Assembly (NCBI GenBank): GCA_964016885.1
Contig: OZ024760.1
Location: 30,318,001 to 30,382,000 of the forward strand
Source of the DNA: Eledone cirrhosa
Lineage: Eukaryota
Length of the DNA: 64,000 bases
Direction: 5' to 3'
Position 1 is the first letter of the stretch. The number at the start of each line of letters is the position of its first letter. Position numbers and translations under genes: made by a program. The notes beneath the pieces were generated by a model. The model was not told the origin of the DNA. It searched no databases and was given only the letters and a program-made list of their open reading frames with translations. Positions 57,660-64,000 of the stretch are shown here, piece by piece.

Positions 57660-60600
57660 TGTAATGTAATGTAACGTGTAATATAATGTAATGTAATGTA
57701 ATGTGTAATGTAATGTAATGTAATGTAATGTGTAACGTAATGTAATGTAATGAGTAATGTAATGTAATGTAATGTAATGTAATGTAATGTAATGTGTAAC
57801 GTAAAGTAATGTAATGTAATGTAATGTAATGTAATGTGTAATGTAATGTAATGTAATGTAATGTGTAATGTAACGTAATGTAATGTAATGTAATGTAATG
57901 CAATGTAATGTAATGTGTCATGTAATGTAATGCAATGTATTGTGTAATGTAATGTAATGTAATGTAATGTGTAATATAATGTAATGTAATGTAATGTAAT
58001 GTAATGTAATGTGCAATGTAATGTAATGTAGTGTAATGCGTAATGCAATGTAATATAATGTAATGTAATGTGTAATGTGTAATGTAATGTAATGTAATGT
58101 AATGTAATGTAATGTAATGTAATGTAATGTAATATAATATAATATGTAATGTAATGTAATGTAATGTAATGTAATGTAATGTGTGATGTAATGTAATGTA
58201 ATGTAATGTAATGTACTGTGTAATGTAATGTAATGTAATGTAATGTAATGTAATGTAATGTAATGTAATGTGTAATGTAATATAATGTAATGTAATGTAA
58301 AGTAATGTAATGTAATGTAATGTAATGTAATGTAATATAATTTAATGTAACGTGTAATGTAATGTAATGTAATGTGTAACGTATTGTAATGTTTAATGTA
58401 ATGTAATGTAATGTAATGTGTAATGTAATGTAATGTAATGTAATGTGTAATGTAATGTAATGTTTAACGTAATGTAATTTAATGTATTGTGTAATGTAAT
58501 GTAATGTAGTGTAATGTGTAATGTAATGTAATGTAATGTGTAATGTAATGTAATGTAATGTGTAATGTAATGTAATGTAATGTAATGTAATATGTAATGT
58601 AAGGTAATGTAATGTAATATGTAATGTAATGTAATGTAATGTAATGTAATGTAATGTGTAATGTAATGTAATGTAATGTAATGTGTAACCTAATGTAATG
58701 TAATGTGTAATGTAATGTAATGTAATGTAATATGTAATGTAATGTAATTTAATGTAATGTAATCTAATGTAATGTAATGTGTAATGTAATGTAATGTAAT
58801 GTGTAATGTAATGTAATGTAATATGTAATGAAATGTAATGTAATGTAGGTAATGTAATGTAATATGTAATGTAATATAATATAATGTGTAATGTAATGTA
58901 ATGTAATGTGTAATGTAATGTGTAACGTAATGTAATGTAATGTAATGTGTAATGTAATGCAATGTAATGTAATGTGTATTGTAAAGTAAAGTAATGTGTA
59001 ATGTAATGTAATGTAACGTAATATAATGTAATGTGATGTAATGTAATGTAATGTGTACTGTAATGTAATGTGTAATGTAAAGTAAAGTAATGTGTAATGT
59101 AATGTAACGTAATATAATGTAATGTGATGTAATGTAATGTAATGTGTACTGTAATGTAATGTGTAATGTAATGTAATGTAATGTAATGTAATGTGCAATG
59201 TAATGTAATGTGTAATGTAATGTAATGTATAATGTAATGTAATGTGTAATGTAATGTAATGTAATGTAATGTGTAATGTAATGCAATGCAATGTAATGTA
59301 ATGTAATGTAATGCAATGCAATGTAACGTAATGAAATGTAATGTGTAATGTGTAATGTGTAATGCAATGTAATGTAACGTAATGTAATGTAATGTAATGT
59401 AATGTAATGTAATGTAATGTAATGTAATGTAATGTAATGTAATGTAATGTGTAATGTAATGTGATATAATGTAATGTAATGTAATGTAATGTAATGCAAT
59501 GTAATGTAATGCAATGTAATGTAATGTAATGTAATGTAATGTAATGTGTAATGTGATGTAATGTAATGTAATGTAATGTAATTTGTAATGTAATGTAATG
59601 TGTAATGTAATGTAATGTAATGTGTGATGTAATGTAATGTGTAATGTAATGTAATGTTATGTAATGTAATGTATAATGTAATGTAATGTAACGTGTAATA
59701 TAATGTAATGTAATGTAATGTGTAATGTAATGTAATGTAATGTAATGTGTAACGTAATGTAATGTAATGAGTAATGTAATGTAATGTAATGTAATGTAAT
59801 GTAATGTAATGTAATGTAATGTGTAACGTAAAGTAATGTAATGTAATGTAATGTAATGTAATGTAATGTGTAATGTAATGTAATGTAATGTAATGTGTAA
59901 TGTAACGTAATGTAATGTAATGTAATGTAATGCAATGTAATGTAATGTGTCATATAATGTAATGCAATGTATTGTGTAATGTAATGTAATGTAATGTAAT
60001 GTGTAATATAATGTAATGTAATGTAATGTAATGTAATGTAATGTAATGTGTAATGTAATGTAATGTAGTGTAATGCGTAATGCAATGTAATATAATGTAA
60101 TGTAATGTGTAATGTGTAATGTGTAATGTAATGTAATGTAATGTAATGTAATGTAATGTAATGAAATGTAATGTAATATAATATAATATGTAATGTAATG
60201 TAATGTAATGTAATGTAATGTGTGATGTAATGTAATGTAATGTAATGTAATGTACTGTGTAATGTAATGTAATGTAATGTAATGTAATGTGTAATGTAAT
60301 ATAATGTAATGTAATGTAAAGTAATGTAATGTAATGTAATGTAATGTAATGTAATGTAATATAATGTAATGTAACGTGTAATGTAATGTAATGTAATGTG
60401 TAACGTATTGTAATGTTTAATGTAATGTAATGTAATGTAATGTGTAATGTAATGTAATGTAATGTAATGTGTAATGTAATGTAATGTTTAACGTAATGTA
60501 ATTTAATGTATTGTGTAATGTAATGTAATGTAATGTGTAATGTAATGTAATGTAATGTGTAATGTAATGTAATGTAATGTGTAATGTAATGTAATGTAAT

Positions 60601-61700
60601 GTAATGTAATGTAATATGTAATGTAAGGTAATGTAATGTAATATGTAATGTAATATAATGTAATGTAATGTAATGTAATGTGTAATGTAATGTAATGTAA
60701 TGTAATGTGTAACCTAATGTAATGTAATGTGTAATGTAATGTAATGTAATGTAATATGTAATGTAATGTAATTTAATGTAATGTAATCTAATGTAATGTA
60801 ATGTGTAATGTAATGTAATGTAATGTGTAATGTAAAGTAATGTAATATGTAATGAAATGTAATGTAATGTAGGTAATGTAATGTAATATGTAATGTAATG
60901 TAATATAATGTGTAACGTAATGTAATGTAATGTGTAATGTAATGTGTAACGTAATGTAATGTAATGTAATGTGTAATGTAATGCAATGTAATGTAATGTG
61001 TATTGTAAAGTAAAGTAATGTGTAATGTAATGTAATGTAACGTAATATAATGCAATGTGATGTAATGTAATGTAATGTGTACTGTAATGTAATGTGTAAT
61101 GTAAAGTAAAGTAATGTGTAATGTAATGTAACGTAATATAATGTAATGTGATGTAATGTAATGTAATGTGTACTGTAATGTAATGTGTAATGTAATTTAA
61201 TGTAATGTAATGTAATGTAATGTGCAATGTAATGTAATGTGTAATGTAATGTAATGTATAATGTAATGTAATGTGTAATGTAATGTAATGTAATGTAATG
61301 TGTAATGTAATGCAATGCAATGTAATGTAATGTAATGTAATGCAATGCAATGTAATGTAATGAAATGTAATGTGTAATGTGTAATGTGTAATGCAATGTA
61401 ATGTAACGTAATGTAATGTAATGTAATGTAATGTAATGTAATGTAATGTAATCTAATGTAATGTAATGTAATGTAATGTGTAATGTAATGTGATATAATG
61501 TAATGTAATGTAATGTAATGTAATGCAATGTAATGTAATGCAATGTAATGTAATGTAATGTAATGTAATGTAATGTGTAATGTGATGTAATGTAATGTAA
61601 TGTAATGTAATTTGTAATGTAATGTAATGTGTAATGTAATGTAATGTAATGTGTGATGTAATGTAATGTGTAATGTAATGTAATGTAATGTAATGTATAA
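57660..61700. repeat. Tandem duplication, ~2.03 kb unit x2, of a diverged satellite subfamily
   Basis: Paired markers: TGAGTAAT 57751/59768, GCGTAATGC 58038/60075, AACCTAAT (CC at 58689/60713), TAGGTAAT (GG at 58848/60872), GTGATATAAT 59461/61490. Confidence 0.9.
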
Positions 61701-62399
61701 TGTAATGTAATGTAATGTGTAATGTAATGTAATGTAATGTGTAATGTATCGTAATGTAATGTAATGTAATGTGTAATGTAATGTAATGTAATGTAATGTG
61801 TAATGTAATGTAATGTAATGTGCAATGTAATGTAATGTGTAATGTAATGTAATGTATAATGTAATGTAATGTAATGTAATGTGTAATGTAATGTAATGTA
61901 ATGTAATGTGTAATGTAATGTAATGTAATGTGTAATGTAATGTAATGTGTAATGTAATGTAATGTAATGTAATGTAATGTGTAATGTAATGTAATGTAAT
62001 GTGTAGTGTAATCTAATATAATGTAATGTAATATAATGTAATGTGTAATGTAATGTAATGTAATGTAACGTGTAATGTAATGTAATGTAATGTAATGTGT
62101 AATGTAAAGTAATGTAATGTAATGTAATGTGTAATGTAATGTAATGTAATGTAATGTAATGTGTAATGTAATGTAACTTAATGTAATGTAATGTAATGTA
62201 ATTTAATGTGTGATGTGATGTAATGTAATGTAATGTAATGTGTAATGTAATGTGTAATGTAATGTGTAATGTAATGTAATGTATTGTAATGTAATGTAAT
62301 TGTTTCTAATTTAGGCACAAGGTCAGCAATTACCCTGTGCATTACTGGTACTTTATTTTATCGACACCGTAAGGATGAAAAGCAAAGTCAACCTCGGTG

Positions 62400-62411
62400 G
62401 GATTTGAACTC
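62400..62411 (-). promoter_or_regulatory. RNA polymerase III internal promoter B box of the SINE
   Basis: GAGTTCAAATCC matches GTTCRANNC and lies ~51 nt downstream of the A box. Confidence 0.82.
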
Positions 62412-62462
62412 AGATCGTAAAGGGACGTAACTATGTGGGAAAGCATGGCGTCCGACCCTCTA

Positions 62463-62474
62463 CCGATACTGCCA
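62463..62474 (-). promoter_or_regulatory. RNA polymerase III internal promoter A box of the SINE
   Basis: TGGCAGTATCGG about 10 nt from the element 5' end fits the TRGCNNNNNNGG type-2 A-box pattern. Confidence 0.75.
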
Positions 62475-64000
62475 ATCCACCGCCGTTTGTAATGTAATGT
62501 AATGTAATGTAATGTGTAATGTAATGTAATGTAATGTGTAATGTAATGTAATGTAATGTAATGTAATGTAATGTAATGTTTAATGTAATGTAATGTAATG
62601 TAATTTAATGTAATGTAATGTAATGTTTAACGTAATGTAATGTAATGTAATGTAATTTTTAATGTAATGTAATGTAATGTAATGTAATGTAACGTAATGT
62701 AATGTAATGTAATGTAATGCAATGTAATGTAATGTAATGAAATGTAATGTAATGTGTAATGTAATGTAGTGTAATGTAATGTAATGTAATGAAATGTAAT
62801 GTAATGTGTAATGTAATGTAATGTAATGTAATGTAATGTAATGTGTAATGTAATGTAATGTAATGTGTAATGTAATGTAATGTAATGTAATATGTAATGT
62901 AAGGTAATGTTTAATGTAATGTAATGTAATGTAATGTAATGTAATGTGTAATATAATGTAATGTAATGTAATGTAATATAATGTAATATAATGTAATGTA
63001 TAATGTAATGTAATGTAATGTAATGCAATGTGTAATGTAATGTAATGTAATGTAATGTAATGTAATGTAATGTAATGTAATGTAATGTAATGTAATGTAA
63101 TGTGTAATGTAATGTAATGTAATGTGTAATGTAATGTAATGTAATGTATAATGTAATGTAATGTAATGTAACTTAATGTAATGTCATGTGTAATGTAATG
63201 TAATGTAATGTAATGTGTAATGTAATGTAATGTAATGTAATGTAATGTGTAATGTAATGTAATGTAATATAATGTTTAATGTAATGTAACGTAATGTAAT
63301 GTAATGTAATGTGTAATGTAATGTAATGTAATGTAATGTAATGTAATGTAATGTAATGTAATGTAATGTGCAATGTAATGTAATGTAATGTAATGTAATG
63401 TAATGTAATGTAATGTGTAATGTGTAATGTAATTTAATGAAATGTAATGTAATGTAATTTAATGTAATGTAATGTTATGTAATGTAATGTAATGTAATGT
63501 AATGTAATCTAATGTTTAATGCAATGTAATGTAATGTAATGTGTAATATAATGTAATGTAATGTAATGTAATTTAATATAATGTAATGTGTAATGTAATG
63601 TAATGTAATGTAATGTAATGTAATGCAATGTGTAATGTAATGTAATGTAATGTAATGTAATGTGTAATGTAATGTAATGTAATGTGATGTAATGTGTAAT
63701 GTAATGTAATGTAATATAATGTTTAATGTAATGTAATGTAATGTAATGTATTGTAATGTGTAACGTAAAGTAATGTAATGTAATGTAATGTGTAATGTAA
63801 TGTAATGTGTAATGTAATGTAATGTAATGTAATGTACTGTGTAATGTAATGTAACTTAATGTAATGTAATGTAATGTAATGTGTAATGTAATGTAATGTA
63901 ATGTAATGTAATGTAATGTAATGTAATGTGTAATGTAATGTAATGTAATGTAATGTGTAATGTAATGTAATGTAATGTGTAATGTAATGTAATGTAATGT

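Larger units (their letters stand above)
62301..62486 (-). mobile_element. tRNA-derived SINE, near full length, probably MetaSINE-type as found in octopus
   Basis: Minus strand has a GGCGGTGGA 5' end, A box TGGCAGTATCGG, B box GAGTTCAAATCC, central GACTTTGCTTTTCATCCTTACGGTGTCGATAAAATAAAGTACCAG (62345-62389, resembling the Meta domain as I recall it), and 3' end CCTTGTGCCTAAATTAGAAACA. Candidate TSD TTGTAATGTAATGTAAT at 62284-62300 and 62487-62503. Confidence 0.88.
1..64000. repeat. (AATGT)n / (CATTA)n pentanucleotide satellite array with interspersed 7-bp AATGTGT units; runs off both window ends
   Basis: GTAAT repeats continuously from base 1 to 64000 in one orientation, broken only at 28514-28575 and 62301-62486. 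The + strand is about 40% A, 40% T, 20% G with very little C. Confidence 0.99.

Noticed and set aside
62350-62360. AATAAA polyadenylation signal on the minus strand
   Set aside because: It lies within the SINE central domain and there is no upstream gene.
62395-62484. Possible tRNA gene
   Set aside because: A and B boxes are present but I cannot fold acceptor, anticodon or full T stems, and it continues into SINE body sequence.
373-63373. Over 100 minus-strand ORFs of HYITL repeats, up to 775 aa
   Set aside because: They overlap in all three frames, are direct translations of (CATTA)n, often use non-ATG starts, and have no domain content; frame-shifting 7-mers are tolerated everywhere.
1-64000. 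Telomeric array (TTACA resembles fission-yeast GGTTACA)
   Set aside because: No G-runs or TTAGGG. Multi-kb higher-order duplications and SINE insertions indicate recombinational satellite evolution rather than telomerase addition.
1-64000. Pure sequencing or low-complexity artefact
   Set aside because: Rare variants recur in the same order kilobases apart and two plausible retroposon insertions are present. Exact copy number and pentamer counts could still contain assembly error.

Overview
Essentially the whole 64 kb is one single-orientation simple-sequence satellite, (AATGT)n on + / (CATTA)n on -, roughly 12,000 monomers (estimated from length). It is punctuated by a very frequent 7-bp variant (AATGTGT) and by point variants (AACGT, AATGC, AATAT, AATGA, AATCT, AAAGT, AAGGT). 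The variants are not random. They define a ~3-5 kb higher-order repeat (about 11-12 copies, ~7.6-52 kb), which was itself re-duplicated as ~7.9 kb and ~8.1-8.3 kb blocks, with more diverged layers at both ends. I found only two non-satellite islands, both retroposon-derived and on the - strand. One is a ~62-bp 3' tail of a non-LTR retroelement at 28514-28575, inserted with a target deletion and a templated copy of nearby satellite. The other is a ~185-bp tRNA-derived SINE with A/B boxes at 62301-62486. From memory, not a database search, both resemble abundant octopus (cephalopod) SINE/LINE sequences, so this is probably eukaryotic heterochromatin. No protein-coding gene is supported: all supplied ORFs are translations of the stop-free (CATTA)n strand. 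I see no evidence for a new protein-based system; the interest lies in the repeat architecture and the two insertions. Coordinates were read by eye and block boundaries are approximate.
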